A DNA stretch of 64,000 nt from Scyliorhinus canicula. Its lineage: Eukaryota. The position numbers and the translations under genes were made by a program. The stretch lies in assembly GCF_902713615.1 (NCBI RefSeq), contig NW_024055482.1:186001-250000 (forward strand), given 5' to 3'. This document shows positions 1 to 12,120 of the stretch, one piece after another. Positions within the stretch are counted from its first letter, which is position 1; each line of letters starts with the position of its first letter. Below the pieces are notes generated by a model. The model did not search any database. It saw only the letters and a list, made by a program, of their open reading frames with translations, and was not told where the DNA came from.

Positions 1-280
1 TACGGGGTAAACTATTTCGGACTGAGATGAGGGCCAATAACTTCACCTTGGGATTCGTGAGCCTGTGAAATTCTCTACCACAGAACGAAGTTGACTCCAA
101 ATTATTGTATGTTTTCAAGAAGGAGCTTGATATAGCTCTTGGGGATTAAAACTCTGAATGGACCAAATAATATGGGGGAAAGAGGAAACTGGTTACTGAG
201 GTGCCATGATCATAAGGAATAGCGGAGCAGGCTCGAGGGGCAGAATGGTGTCTTCCTGCTCTATTTTCTATGTCACTGTA
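1..280 (+). mobile_element. CR1-type LINE 3' end fragment
   Basis: Degenerate CR1 ORF2 C-terminus/3'UTR motifs (aaggagcttgatatagctctt; ggagcaggctcgaggggcagaatgg...cctgctctattttctatg), similar to 2220-2630. Boundaries approximate. Confidence 0.55.
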
Positions 281-357
281 CTACATCAAATCTGTTACTT
301 CTCATGTTGAATGAAACCCTATCTTTATCACTATTAAAGTAACCCCTGTCCCTGTCT

Positions 358-540
358 ACATGAAATGAAATGAAAATCGCTTATTGTCACGAGTAGGCTT
401 CAATGAAGTTACTGTGAAAAGCCCCTAGTCGCCACATTCCGGCACCTGTACGGGGAGGCTGGTACGGGAATCGAACCGTGTTGCTGGCCTGCTTGGTCTG
501 CTTTAAAAGCCAGCGATTTAGCCTGGTGAGCTAAACCAAC
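358..540 (-). mobile_element. Short tRNA-derived SINE with (ATTTC)n-like tail
   Basis: Reverse complement of the copy at 48875-49035; B-box-like GGTTCGATTCCC and tail tcacagtaacttcattgaagcctactcgtgacaataagcgattttcatttcattt. Confidence 0.7.
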
Positions 541-1329
541 CCCTGACTTCACTATACTTCACTGTTCTGTTTGTGCTGCACTCAATTAATAACAGGCAAG
601 AACATGCATAGGATTATATTGCATTAAGTTCCGCCTCTTCTATATTCCACAGCAATTTGTATCTTTACACCTCACCAGGGCCTGTCTCTGTTTATATTAC
701 ACCGGACCATGTTCCTGTTGTCTCTCGATATTATAAATTATGGTATATATTTACTTGTTTCTCCAAGTACAATCATTGTTTATTTGGAGATTATGTTAAT
801 TCTTGTTAATATCTATAAGTAGTTATATTAAATGTGTATTTGCTCTGCTATTATGTGGGCAATATTGGGTTGAATATTTTACCAACGTCCCAGTAATGAA
901 GTGGTCTTGAGAGTCATGTCTACATGTGAACACCGGTGTACTGCAATTTCCAACATTTAGTGGAAATCTCTGTTTTGTTCAAAATGATGAATTTACTCCT
1001 GTGTTATGCTCTATTGATTGTGGTTTTTCTTCAGGTTTAAGATTATTTTTCTGCTTCAATTTATATGAACCAATGACCTGATGGACTGGCAGAGTTAGAC
1101 AGAACCGTGTACTCACAGTATCATCACGATGGTAATGGTGGGCACCCAAAGGAGAAATGTCCACCCAATCATAAAACACTCATCTGGTTAAGAAGAGCAA
1201 CTAAAATTGCTGCAAAAACGTATTGACCGTTTTTGTAGGTGTGCATATGAAACATTTTTCTTAATTTTTGCAACTCCAATCGATCAAGGTGTAATGTTGT
1301 CTTCAGAATGACTTCCCTGCTAGGCTCCC

Positions 1330-1960
1330 TTTCCAATCAACTCTGGCCAGCTCCCCCCTTTATCTTTGTCGTTACCTTTATTCAATTGTAATACCGTTCC
1401 ATTAGATTCCAGCTTCTACCTCCCAAACTGCAGGGTGAATTCTATCATATTGTGGTCACTGCCCCGTGAGTGTTCCTTCATTTTAAGTTCCCTACTCAAG
1501 TCTACCTCATCACGCATCACCAAATGCAGAATTGCTTGTTCCTGACTGGGCTCTATCACAAGCTGCTCCAAAATAACTTCTCGTCGATATTTCACAAATT
1601 CCTTTTCTTGGTATCTGCTACCAACCTGACTTTCCCTGTCCTCCTGATTATTGAAGTCCGCTAGGATCATTGTAATATTGCCTCTGTCTGCTGATTTAGG
1701 GGGCTGTACGTAACTCTCATCAGGGTCTTTTTTCCTTTGCGATTCGTCAACTCTGTCCACAGGGATTCTACGCCTTCGGACCCTAAATTGCTTCTTGCTA
1801 TCGAGTTAATTTCATTCCTTACACATCAAGCAAACCCGCCCCCTTTTCCGGTGAATGCCAATGTCAATGTGGGCAATGAGTTCATTTACCTTGTTCCATA
1901 TACTGCGCAAATTTCGGTACAACACCCTCAGTTCTGCGTTGACCATCCCTTCTCAACGTT
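1330..1960 (-). mobile_element. CR1 ORF2 apurinic-endonuclease fragment (decayed)
   Basis: Minus ORF 1416-1760 has ILADFN and RGSDHNMIEF motifs typical of CR1 APE domains. Confidence 0.6.
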
Positions 1961-2218
1961 GTCCCTTTTTCTGCGGTGCCTGAAGTTGCATACCTGCCAC
2001 TTTCCATACTCCCTACTCTAGTACGTGTTCTGGAAACTTTGCTAATCTCCCCTGAGCCCTCGGCCCGTTTTACTCGGTTAATGTCCTGGTCATTAACCTG
2101 CACTCTCACCTTCTCTTTTAACTTTGGTTTTCTAATGTTTCACACTACCGACCCCCCCCCCCCCCCATATTTATTTTTAATGCATCACTTCTCAGCATTG
2201 AATTTTATCTGCCACCTG

Positions 2219-2630
2219 CAGATCAGAAGAATGAGTGGGGATCTCATAGAGACTTATAAAATTCCAGCAGGACTAGACAAGCTAGATGCAGGGAAGATGT
2301 TACCAATGATGGGTGTGTCCAGAACCAGGGGCCATAATCTGAGGAGTCAGGGTAAACCATTTCGGACAGAGATGAGGAGACATTTCTTCACACAAAGAGT
2401 GGTGAGCCTGTGCAATTTATTAGCACAGGAATTAGTTGATCCTAAAACATTGAATGTGTTCAAGAGGCGGTTAGATATAGCACTCGGGGAGAATGGGATC
2501 AAAGGCTATGGGAAGAAAGCAGGATTAGGCTATTGAGTTGGATGATCAACCATGATCGTGATAAATGGTGGAGCAGGCTCGAAGGGCCAAAAGGCCTCCT
2601 CGTGTTCCTAACTTCTATGTATCTATGTAT
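2219..2630 (+). mobile_element. CR1 LINE 3' end (ORF2 C-terminus + 3'UTR)
   Basis: RRMSGDLIETYKI...RTRGHNLR...FFTQRVVSLCNLL...FKRRLD, stop at 2534-2536, then gggccaaaaggcctcctcg and a tatgtatctatgt tail. Confidence 0.85.
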
Positions 2631-3019
2631 GTAATCGGCTTCCCTGCTTACTACATTGTCAATTTGGGAGACAAATGCAACTTTTCAATTGATATCCTGT
2701 AAACCCGAGTCCCGAGCCCTGTCTATTAATATATAACAGATAAATCAGTGCTGCTAATATTACCCACTGGAGAATAACACTCTGTACCCCACCCAATCTG
2801 AAACAATTGTTAACAGCTACACTGTATTCTGTCCCTTAGTCACTGTTGTACACATTCTGCTCCTGCCTCTTTAATCACCTGAGCATCAATTTTCCCCACT
2901 TTTCATATATGACACAGACATTAAGATATTTGTCCCAGACCTTTCCATTCCTCGTGTCCCATCGGAATTCCAAGGACAGCTTTAGTAACGCTCTGCTTGT
3001 CTAAACTATTCCGTCAAAT

Positions 3020-3400
3020 TCTCGCAGGTCAGGTACAGCATGGGGTTGTAGACAGAGCAAAGCTTCCTGCACACTGAACCAGCAAACACTCTCAGGCCAA
3101 ATGCATCACAGGTTTCGATAAAGAATAAAACTTCCTAAAACCTGTCCCATGTTATACTCCCAGGGCCTCAACAGTAAACATTTAGTTACTGAGTAAATTT
3201 CCCTGAACAAGCTCCCCTCAAATACTCGAAGGACAGGTACAGTACAGAGCAAAGCCCCCTCCACAACATCCGCCATCTAACATGTGAAGGACAGGTAAAG
3301 CACATGTAAGGAACAGAGTAAAGCTTCCTCTTTGCCCTACCATCAGATACTTGCAGAGCAGGAAATGTGGGTATGTGGAGAGTAAAGTTCCCCATACTCC
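3020..3400 (+). repeat. Degenerate ~65-70 bp tandem repeat (caggtacagc...acagagtaaagcttccctc type)
   Basis: Recurrent motifs caggtcaggtacagca / gacaggtacagtacagagcaaagc / gacaggtaaagc / acagagtaaagcttcctc at roughly 60-70 bp spacing. Confidence 0.5.
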
Positions 3401-3489
3401 GTCCCATTAATTGGTGTATAAAACAAAGGAATTATTTGTGCAGGAGTTTGGTGTGAAAATGTCCACGCACACGGACAAACACGCAGAAA

Positions 3490-6400
3490 AAACGCACATC
3501 TCTCTGAATGTATATAATCTCAACCGTGTAACGGTGAACACCACACTCGGCCCGACATTTATTAACATTAATCTTGGGCCGTCCCTGCAATCGACCCTGT
3601 CTCGCTTTGTACGAATGTGTACCCTGAATCAGTAGTCACTGCATTAGACCTTATCTCAGTTTTCGTTAATCTAGATCCTGCATCAATAATTACGGCACTA
3701 GAATCTGTCTCACTTTATATTAATCTCGACGCTCTATCAGCAATTAGTGCTCGAGAACCCTGTCTAAATTTACATAATTGAAGACACCCTCCTCTCAGAA
3801 ATCACGACACTCGGCCTTGTCTCAGTTTATATTAGTGTAGACCCTGTATCAGGAATTACTGTAGCAGACCCTGTTTCAGTTTATATAGAATTTAGCCTTT
3901 GTTGCATTACATAGAAAGATAGAAGTGTAGAAGCATAGACAATAGGTGAAGGAATAGGCCGTTCGGCCCCTTGAACTTGCTCTTCCATTCATTCTGATCA
4001 TGGCTGATCATCCAACTCAGTGAACTGTCGTCGCTTTCCCTCCGTATCGTATGATCCCGATAGGCACAAGAACTATATATATAATTCCTTCCAGTAAACA
4101 TACAATGTTTTGGCCTCAACTGTTTTGTGTGGTAGAGGATTCCACAGGTTCACCGCTCTAGGTCAATAAATTTCTCCTTATCTATATCCTTAGACTGTGT
4201 CCCTGATTCTGGACGTTCTTCCATTAATCATTGCTGCACACCCTGTCCCGGTCATTATGAATATTTACCCTGTAACAGTTAACCCTGCATTAGAACCCTG
4301 CTCCAGTTATTGTAAATCCCGGTCTTTTCATAGCATCATAGAATCCCGACAGTGCAGAAGGAGGCCAGTCGGCCCATCGAGTCTTCACCCGCCCTCCAAA
4401 ACGCCACCCCACTGAGGACCAATCCTCCACACTTTCTCCATAACCCCACCTAACCTTTGCACACTCAGGGGAAATCTTTCAGAATGTCCAATCCACCGAA
4501 CCTGCGCATCTTTGGACTGTGGGAGGAAATTCTCGGTTTCCACTGCACTGCACTGCCTCCACTTGTATTAATCAAGGCCCTGTTTTAGGAATCTCGGGAT
4601 ACCGCCGGCTCTGTTTATTTAATGCCAGTTTCTGTACCTGTAAATGATGCGCTTCTGTCTGTTTTAGTTATTACTGTTCGAGATAATACCAATATTAATC
4701 GTGATGTGGAGATGCCGGCGTTGGACTGGGGTGAGCTCAGGAAGAAGTCTTACAACACCAGGTTACAGTCCAACAGGTTTGCTTCAAACACTAGCTTTCG
4801 GAGCACTGCTCCTTCCTCAGGTGAATGAAGAGATATGTTCCAGAAACATATATATTGACCAATTCAAAAGATGCAAGACAATGCTTAGAATGCGAGCATT
4901 TGTAGGTAATTAAGTTTTTACAGATCCAGAGATAGGGGTAACCCCAGGTTAAAGAGGTGTGAATTGTCTCACGCCAGGACAGTTGGTCAGATTTCACAAG
5001 CCCAGGCCAGATGGTGGGGGATGAAGGTAATGCGACATGAATCCCAGGCCCGGTTGAGGCCGCACTCATGTGTGCTGAACTTGGCTATAAGTTGCTGCTC
5101 AGCGATTCTGCAATGTTGCTGGTCACCTCACAATGTTCCACTTCTCCAGCTGCCACCCGAAACACATTAAAGAAGCCATCCCCTATGGACAAGCCCACCA
5201 TATACACAGGATCTGCTCAGATGAGGAGGAGCGTAACAGATATCTACAGACGTTGAAAGATGCCTTTGTACGAACGGGATATGGCGCTCGACTCATCGAG
5301 CGACAGTTCCAACGTGCCGCAGTAAGAAAATGCACCGACCTCCTCAGAAGACAAACACAGAACACAACCGTCGTCGTCCAGTACTTTCCTGGAGCGGAGA
5401 AACTACGACATCTTCTTCGCAGCCTTCAACACGTCATCGATGAAGATGAACATCTTGCCAAGGTCAACCTCACACCGCCACTGCTGGCCTTCAAACAACC
5501 GCGCAACCTCAAACAAACCAATGCTTGCAGCAAACTATCCAGTCTTCAGAACAGCGACCACGACATCACACAACCCTACCATGGCAATCTCTGCAAGATG
5601 TGCCAGATCATCGACATGGAGACCACGAATACACGTGAGACCACCACCCACCAGGTGCATACTCTTGTGACTCGGCCAACGTTGTCTCCCTCATACGCTG
5701 CAGGAAAGGCTGTCCCGAAGCGTGGTACATTGGCGAGACCATGCAGACGCTGTGACAACAGATGACCGGGTATCGCATGTCAATCACCAGGCAGGAATGT
5801 TCCCTTCCAGTCGGGGAACACTTCAGCAGTCAAGGGCATTCAGCCTCTGATCTCCAGGTAAGCGTTCTCCAAGGCGGCCTTCAGGATGCACGATAATGCA
5901 GAATCGCCGAGCAGAAACTTATAGCCAAGTTACGCACACATGAGCGTGACCTCGATCGAGACCTGGGATTCATGTCACGTTACATTCATCCCCCACCATC
6001 ATGCCTGGGCTTGCGAATTCCGACCACGGTCCTTGCTTGAGACAACTCAAACCTCATAACTTGGGGTTACCCCTAACTTTGGATCTGTAAAGACTTGATT
6101 CCCTGCAAATGCTCGCATTCTAAGCATTGTCGTGCACCTTTGAATTTGCCTGTATATATGTTTCTGGAACATACCTCTTCATTCACCTGAGGAAGGAGCA
6201 GTGCTCCGAAAGCTAGTGTTTGAAGCAAACCTGTTGGACTTTAACCTGGTGTTGTCAGACTTCTTATAATATTAATCGTGCAATGGGTTACATCTCATTT
6301 ATTACTACACTCCTCCATATCTCTGTTTAAAATAAAATAGGTCCTTTCTCAGTTCTCTCTAAATTAGATCCTCTCAGTGTTTATATCTTTAGATATGATT

Positions 6401-7020
6401 CCAGTTATTAATGCATTAGCTCATGCTTCTGTGGCCTGTATAATTTACTCTAGTTAAGTTTTTACTTGTAGTTAGACGATGAATTTATTTTTATTTTACT
6501 GCACATTGTGTTTCGTAGTATTACATTAATCCCTGCTTCAGTTATCACTGTACTTAACCGTATAACAAGTATTATTACCCTTGGTCTTGTCTCTAGAATG
6601 ATTGAACAGGACGATGTTTCGTTTTATCTTTCCCTCAGCATTGTACCTGTGTAGAAAATGCTATCGACAGTTAAACGTTTCAATAAGTACGTCCATGTTT
6701 CTATACATGCCACAATACACCCTTTCTCAGTTATGACTGCACGAGACTGAGTTTACTGCTTTAGCAAATAGTTGCAGTCTAATTCAGAAATGCACTGAGC
6801 AACATCTCTCTCTACTGCAATTGACTCTTTTTAATCATTGCATTAGACCTTATATCTGTTAATATTACATTATGTGCGGATTAATTAATTGATGCATGAA
6901 TCCATGCTGCTGTACATGTTAGAAGTCGCCATTTCGGAGCAGTTGTTCAACTGAACCAAGTCTCCATTTATATTATGTTAAGCCTACTCTCTGATATTAT
7001 TTTGTTAGACTCTGTTTCAT
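3490..7020 (+). repeat. Highly degenerate ~27-bp-unit tandem array (gaccctgt(a/c)tcagt...), interrupted by CR1/SINE pieces and a Penelope insertion
   Basis: Units such as gaccctgtatcaggaattactgtagca and gaccctgtttcagtttatatagaattt (3840-3895); gaccttatctcagttttcgttaatcta (3647) recur at 3500-3900, 4230-4320, 4570-4700 and 6280-7020. Confidence 0.55.
4704..6267 (+). mobile_element. Penelope-like element (RT C-terminus + GIY-YIG endonuclease), 5'-truncated, with inverted copy of its 3' end; 13-bp TSD
   Basis: ORF 5133-5765 HPKHIKEAIPYGQ...PLLAFKQPRNLK...C..CQII, followed by frameshifted NVVYLIRC..WYIGETMQ and GEHFSSQGH..L.VSVLQ...EQKLIAKL. Arms 4742-5113 and 5897-6266 are inverted repeats. AATATTAATCGTG flanks at 4691-4703 and 6268-6280. 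Confidence 0.85.
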
Positions 7021-7029
7021 TCACTGCTG

Positions 7030-7660
7030 AAGTCTTGCCCCACAGAATAATGCAACAGATTTATTTTCATTGATTACCGCACAATCAACATCCCGGGGGT
7101 TGTCATTGACCGGAAACTGAACTGGGCAAGCCAGACGAATGCTGTGGCTGCCAGAGCAGTTCAAAGGGTAGAGATCCGGTGGCGGATAACTCACATCCTG
7201 ATTGCCCAAAGCCTGTCCATCATCTGCTAGGCAAAAGTCTGAAGTGTAATGGAATAATCTCCACTTGTTTGGAGTGCAGCTTCAACAAATCTCAAGAAGC
7301 TTTACATCATCCAGGACAAATCAGTCGCTTGATTGTTGCCATCTGCAAGATTTACTGTTGGAACTAATAAAGGTTTCATATTCAGCACCTACTAGACCCA
7401 CGGCTACAACCATCAACAAGGACAAGAACAGCAGATACTTTGGAACACCACCAACTGGCGATTCCTCTCCAAGTCACTCAACACTTAGACTTGGAAATAT
7501 ATCGCCGTTCCTTCACCGTGGCTGGGAGATAATACTGGGCTTCTCTCGCTAATACAGTATGGGCGTAACTGCATATCAGGGACTGCAGCGATTCAAACGG
7601 CAGCTCACCACCACCTTCTGAATGGCAACTTGGAATGGGCAATAATTACTGGCGTCATAT
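7030..7660 (+). mobile_element. Decayed non-LTR retrotransposon RT C-terminus/3' end (CR1/L2/RTEX-like, KAQVRSVMEYSPLAW family)
   Basis: Nucleotide similarity to better preserved copies at 14358-14830 and 43936-44290 (caagtcaggagtgtgatggaatactctccacttg consensus). Confidence 0.6.
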
Positions 7661-7682
7661 CGCGCAATTGAATGAAAAAAAT

Positions 7683-8261
7683 NNNNNNNNNNNNNNNNNN
7701 NNNNNNNNNNNNNNNNNNNNNNNNNNNNNNNNNNNNNNNNNNNNNNNNNNNNNNNNNNNNNNNNNNNNNNNNNNNNNNNNNNNNNNNNNNNNNNNNNNNN
7801 NNNNNNNNNNNNNNNNNNNNNNNNNNNNNNNNNNNNNNNNNNNNNNNNNNNNNNNNNNNNNNNNNNNNNNNNNNNNNNNNNNNNNNNNNNNNNNNNNNNN
7901 NNNNNNNNNNNNNNNNNNNNNNNNNNNNNNNNNNNNNNNNNNNNNNNNNNNNNNNNNNNNNNNNNNNNNNNNNNNNNNNNNNNNNNNNNNNNNNNNNNNN
8001 NNNNNNNNNNNNNNNNNNNNNNNNNNNNNNNNNNNNNNNNNNNNNNNNNNNNNNNNNNNNNNNNNNNNNNNNNNNNNNNNNNNNNNNNNNNNNNNNNNNN
8101 NNNNNNNNNNNNNNNNNNNNNNNNNNNNNNNNNNNNNNNNNNNNNNNNNNNNNNNNNNNNNNNNNNNNNNNNNNNNNNNNNNNNNNNNNNNNNNNNNNNN
8201 NNNNNNNNNNNNNNNNNNNNNNNNNNNNNNNNNNNNNNNNNNNNNNNNNNNNNNNNNNNNN
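7683..8261. other. Assembly gap (579 N)
   Basis: Run of N in the sequence. Confidence 1.
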
Positions 8262-9139
8262 GAATATACTAAATGCTTTTTATTCGTTCATGGGATGTGG
8301 ATGTCACTGGCTGATCCTGCAGTCCTTACCCATCCCTGAGGGCATTTCAGAGTCAACCACATTGCTGTGGAGTCATCTGGAGCCATATGTAGACCAGACT
8401 AGGTAAAGGCGACAGATATCCTTCCCTGAAGGACATCAGTGAACCAGATGGGTTTTGATTACACAGAACAATGGTTTCATGGTCATCATTAGACTTTTAA
8501 TTCCAGATCTTTTTGTTTCAAATTTCACCACCTGCCATGGTGCAAACCTGGGTCCCCAGAGCTTTACTCTGGGTCTCTGGATTACTAGTCCAGCGACAAT
8601 ACCAGTGCGCCACTGCCTTGTGCGTGGAAAGGGGGACTCACTTGTGTTTGGAAGAATACATTTTGTCGTCTCAATAACTATTAGCTGTTATGGAAGTTCG
8701 TTGCAAAGGCAAATACATCCTTAAAACTCCTGCCGATCTGTTCTCATCTCTTTGCTTCAGACTTCACCTAGATTAATTAATGTCTCTATTCTCTCTCAGA
8801 CTTAATTCACTTACAAAAGCATAATGAATAACTATTTGGTGTTGTGTGATTGGTCTGGTAATGGGTGTGTAATGTTTTGCTGTAAGGTTGGAGCGAATCT
8901 TGTGACATTCACTTCATCACCAGGCTGAGGAACAGAAACACAGGGGCCATATTGAACTTCACATTGCATAACACTGTCACAAACTCCATTGTGTTGGATA
9001 TGACTAATTTAGACTTGTGTTCATCTGTGGCAATTACCCACTGTTTCCTTTCATGGTCCGAATTGTCGTTCACCCGTTTTGCTGAATGGATTTCTGTTTG
9101 CTTTTGGTGTGGTCACTGATTATGAGAGACATAGTCTGA

Positions 9140-9235
9140 AACTGTGTGTGTATGTATGTGTGTGTGTGAGTGTGTGTGTGTGCGTCTGTGTGAGTGTCTG
9201 TGTGTGGATAGGTGTGTCTATGTATGCGCCTGTAT
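9140..9235. repeat. (GT)n-rich microsatellite
   Basis: tgtgtgtgtatgtatgtgtgtgtgtgagtgtg... seen directly. Confidence 0.9.
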
Positions 9236-11142
9236 GTCTATAAGGGCCGGTTAGTCTGGAACACATCATTATTCATTGTTTGCAAAATGGCGTTGCCAAT
9301 AATTGCAATTATTTTTCAGCAGATGACGACATTTTATTGAGATTACCTTCCACATCCTATGCTACCCCTAATATGTACTTGTAATGTATTGTCTTGAGTG
9401 ATCTAGATATCAAGCTGTCCATTCCATTGAAAAGACAAATATATCTTTCAAATTACTTACATATCGGTTCAGCTCGCTTTCTCTGTCTCAGGCTGCACCC
9501 AAATCAGTTGAACCCTCTTCTCTCTCTCAGACTGAACTCACTCACACAGGCACACAACAGCCGAGTCTGGAACCTAGTGTTTAAATAGCACCTCGTGTTT
9601 AAATCTTTTTTACTGAAGGCACTTCTGAAAATAATTAAGCACCAAATCGTCATCAGAGGAAAATTCTGTGCCAGAAAGGCACCAGCTCATTCACTTAACC
9701 GCTCCCCCCCCCCCCCCCCTCTCTCTCCCCCCCCCCTCTCGCTCTGACATCAAGTGCCTTCAAACTTTCTACATTAGTGTAACCTCTGTTAACAGATTGT
9801 TGCTTTAATTTCCCTTCATGTCTCCAGATTGTTATTTGTATTATGACCAGTGAAGATCATCTGTGCATCTCCCGATCTGAAACTGTGTTTTTAAACAAAT
9901 AATATAACTTTTTCAAGGCAATGGGAAATGGAGGTGAATGTAATGCTGAGAGCGGCAGCAATCTGTGTGGGTGTTCTTGATGCTGTCAGAGTGAGTTCAC
10001 CCTCACAGGCAGGAAGACTGTTCACGGTGATAACATGAAACTGACGCCTGCTGTTTCATTCTCAGGTAACACAACTTCCTGTTTCTCTGCTGCCGGTTCC
10101 AAACCGCACATCTCACTTCTGAACAGAAAATAAATCCAGGGACCACAATCTGGTGAGAACATCTGTTAATGCGGCTTATATCTGCCCACAGAGCCAGGGC
10201 AGATTCACACAGATCACTTTGCGGTGACATTTACAAATGAACCTGTTGTGATCTGTTTAAAGATTCCATTCCAGGACATAACTGGATGGTCAGTGGATCA
10301 GTGACTGAGTTTCCCCGGTTCTCTGAAGCCAGGAAATGATATCTTGTTCCATTTCACTATTTTATCATACTCCCTCTCCCTGTGTAATTTGTCTTTACTG
10401 TTTCTCAGATTTTATCGCTCAACCCCACATCTCTCTTTCTCATTTCTTCACTCAGTTTCACTCTCTCTCTCTGTATCTTTCTCCATCTTTATGTGTGTCT
10501 ATTTAATTAAACTTCTAAAACAAAACCATCAAGGTTTGAGTACAGTGATTAAAGAGACTATTACAACTGGCAGGAGGGTCTGTAACCAGTGGTCACATAT
10601 TTACTGTATTGAACAGGAAGATTTTTTTTACACAGCGAGTTGTTATAAACTGGAATACACATCTGGAGAGTGTGATGGAATCAGATTTAACCGCAACTTT
10701 GGAAAATGATGGATAAATGAAAAATGAAAATCGCTTATTGTATTTGAATAAATATTTGAAGGTATTAAGATCTGAAGGATGAGAGGGAATGGGACCAGTC
10801 GGATGGTTCATCTCTAATCATTGCCCCATCACCGTTTCTGTATCTACCTCTGCACTGCATTGAGGCCGAATAAAATACAATCATTACACATCTGTCACAA
10901 TTCACATCATTACATCTGTCTTTCGGTAGAACTTGGGTGTGTGTCGATAATTGCCACGAATCTTTCAGAGGTCCGTTGCTGTTTGCAACCCACTACTTTG
11001 GTCAAAGTAACAGTGAATAGCTCTTGTTTCGAAAAAGAACAATTATCGTTAACTTGTGGCACTAATTCTTCCTATGATGAGGCTTTGGATTTTAGTCTTT
11101 GTGTCCGAAACTGATGATTTAAACAGAAGTGTCCATAAGCTG

Positions 11143-11320
11143 GGACGGCACGGTGGTGCAGTGGTTAGCACTGCTGCCTACGCTTTTGTGGACCCGAGTT
11201 CGATCCCGGTCCTGGGTTACTGTCCGTGTGGAGTTTGCACCTTCTCGCCGTGACGGCGTGTTTTTCACCTCCACAACCCAAAGCTGTGAAGGGTCGGTGG
11301 ATTGGCTAAATTGCCCCTTA
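11143..11320 (+). mobile_element. HE1-like tRNA-derived SINE (partial)
   Basis: ggcacggtggtgcagtggttagcactgctgcct (A box) ...gttcgatccc (B box) ...tgtggagtttgcac core. Confidence 0.75.
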
Positions 11321-11709
11321 ATTGAAAATATAAATAAATGGATACTCTAAATTTACCAAAGAAGTTCATAAGCTGCCGGAACCGGCTCTCGCGTTTCTGT
11401 GTAAATGGAGAACTGTTCGTAACAATAAGAAGAAACAGATGTTTTTGTTTCCCCCGACAGATGCACCATTATAGGGTCTGCCATAATTGTCCTCCCATTG
11501 GGTATAAACGATCTGAGGTGGAGTCAATCACACGCACCTCACTCATTGAAGTTTACAATCCGCTTTTCCCACGCACATCCCTGTCACTCAGCATGATAAT
11601 GAAGCCTGGGCGAGGGCCCGGAGCATCGTTGCTTTCTGATAGTTTCACTTCATCTTAAAATCAGCTGTTCATGAGATCACCTGCCTCCCTTCACCGAAGA
11701 TTATCACCT

Positions 11710-11835
11710 TTCTCTGTTACTGATACACTGGAGCCTGTCTCTGTGATTATTATTATACCAGACACCAGTCTGACCCCGGGCCCGGCAATCTCTGTTATTG
11801 ATACACTGGAGCCGGTCTCTGTGATTATTATTATA
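11710..11835 (+). repeat. 47-bp direct repeat (79-bp period), related to the 27-bp-unit array
   Basis: tctctgttactgatacactggagcctgtctctgtgattattattata at 11710 and a near-identical copy at 11789. Confidence 0.8.
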
Positions 11836-11944
11836 TCTGACCCGCCCAGCAGTTGGAAATCCCTTGACAAATCCAATGAGATTGAAGTTGTTTGTTTTTT
11901 TCGATGTTGGCAGGAACGTAAACTTGAATGATGTTCCAGGAGAG

Positions 11945-12120
11945 CGTCAGGGTGGTGCGGTGCTTAGCACTACTGCCTCACCGCGCTGAGGACCCGGGTT
12001 CGATCCCGTCCCCGGGTCATGTCTGTGTGGAGTTTGCACATTCTGCCCGAGTCTCATTCCACAACCTAAAGACATGAAGGATGGTGGATTGGCCTGGCCA
12101 AATGCCCCTCAATTGGAAAG
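11945..12120 (+). mobile_element. HE1-like SINE (partial)
   Basis: gggtggtgcggtgcttagcactactgcctca...gggttcgatccc...tgtgtggagtttgcacattct. Confidence 0.7.

Noticed and set aside
7635-8406. Two long ORFs (234 and 244 aa) in the ORF track
   Set aside because: Artefacts of translating through the 579-N gap.
9943-10230. Leader-like exon (MLRAAAICVGVLDAVR + GTGAGT), acceptor at 10065, VTQLPVSL start and an AAYIC/CACAGAG hint
   Set aside because: Only about 120 nt separate the acceptor and the putative Cys, there is no Trp motif and no nonamer, so it cannot be supported as a V gene.
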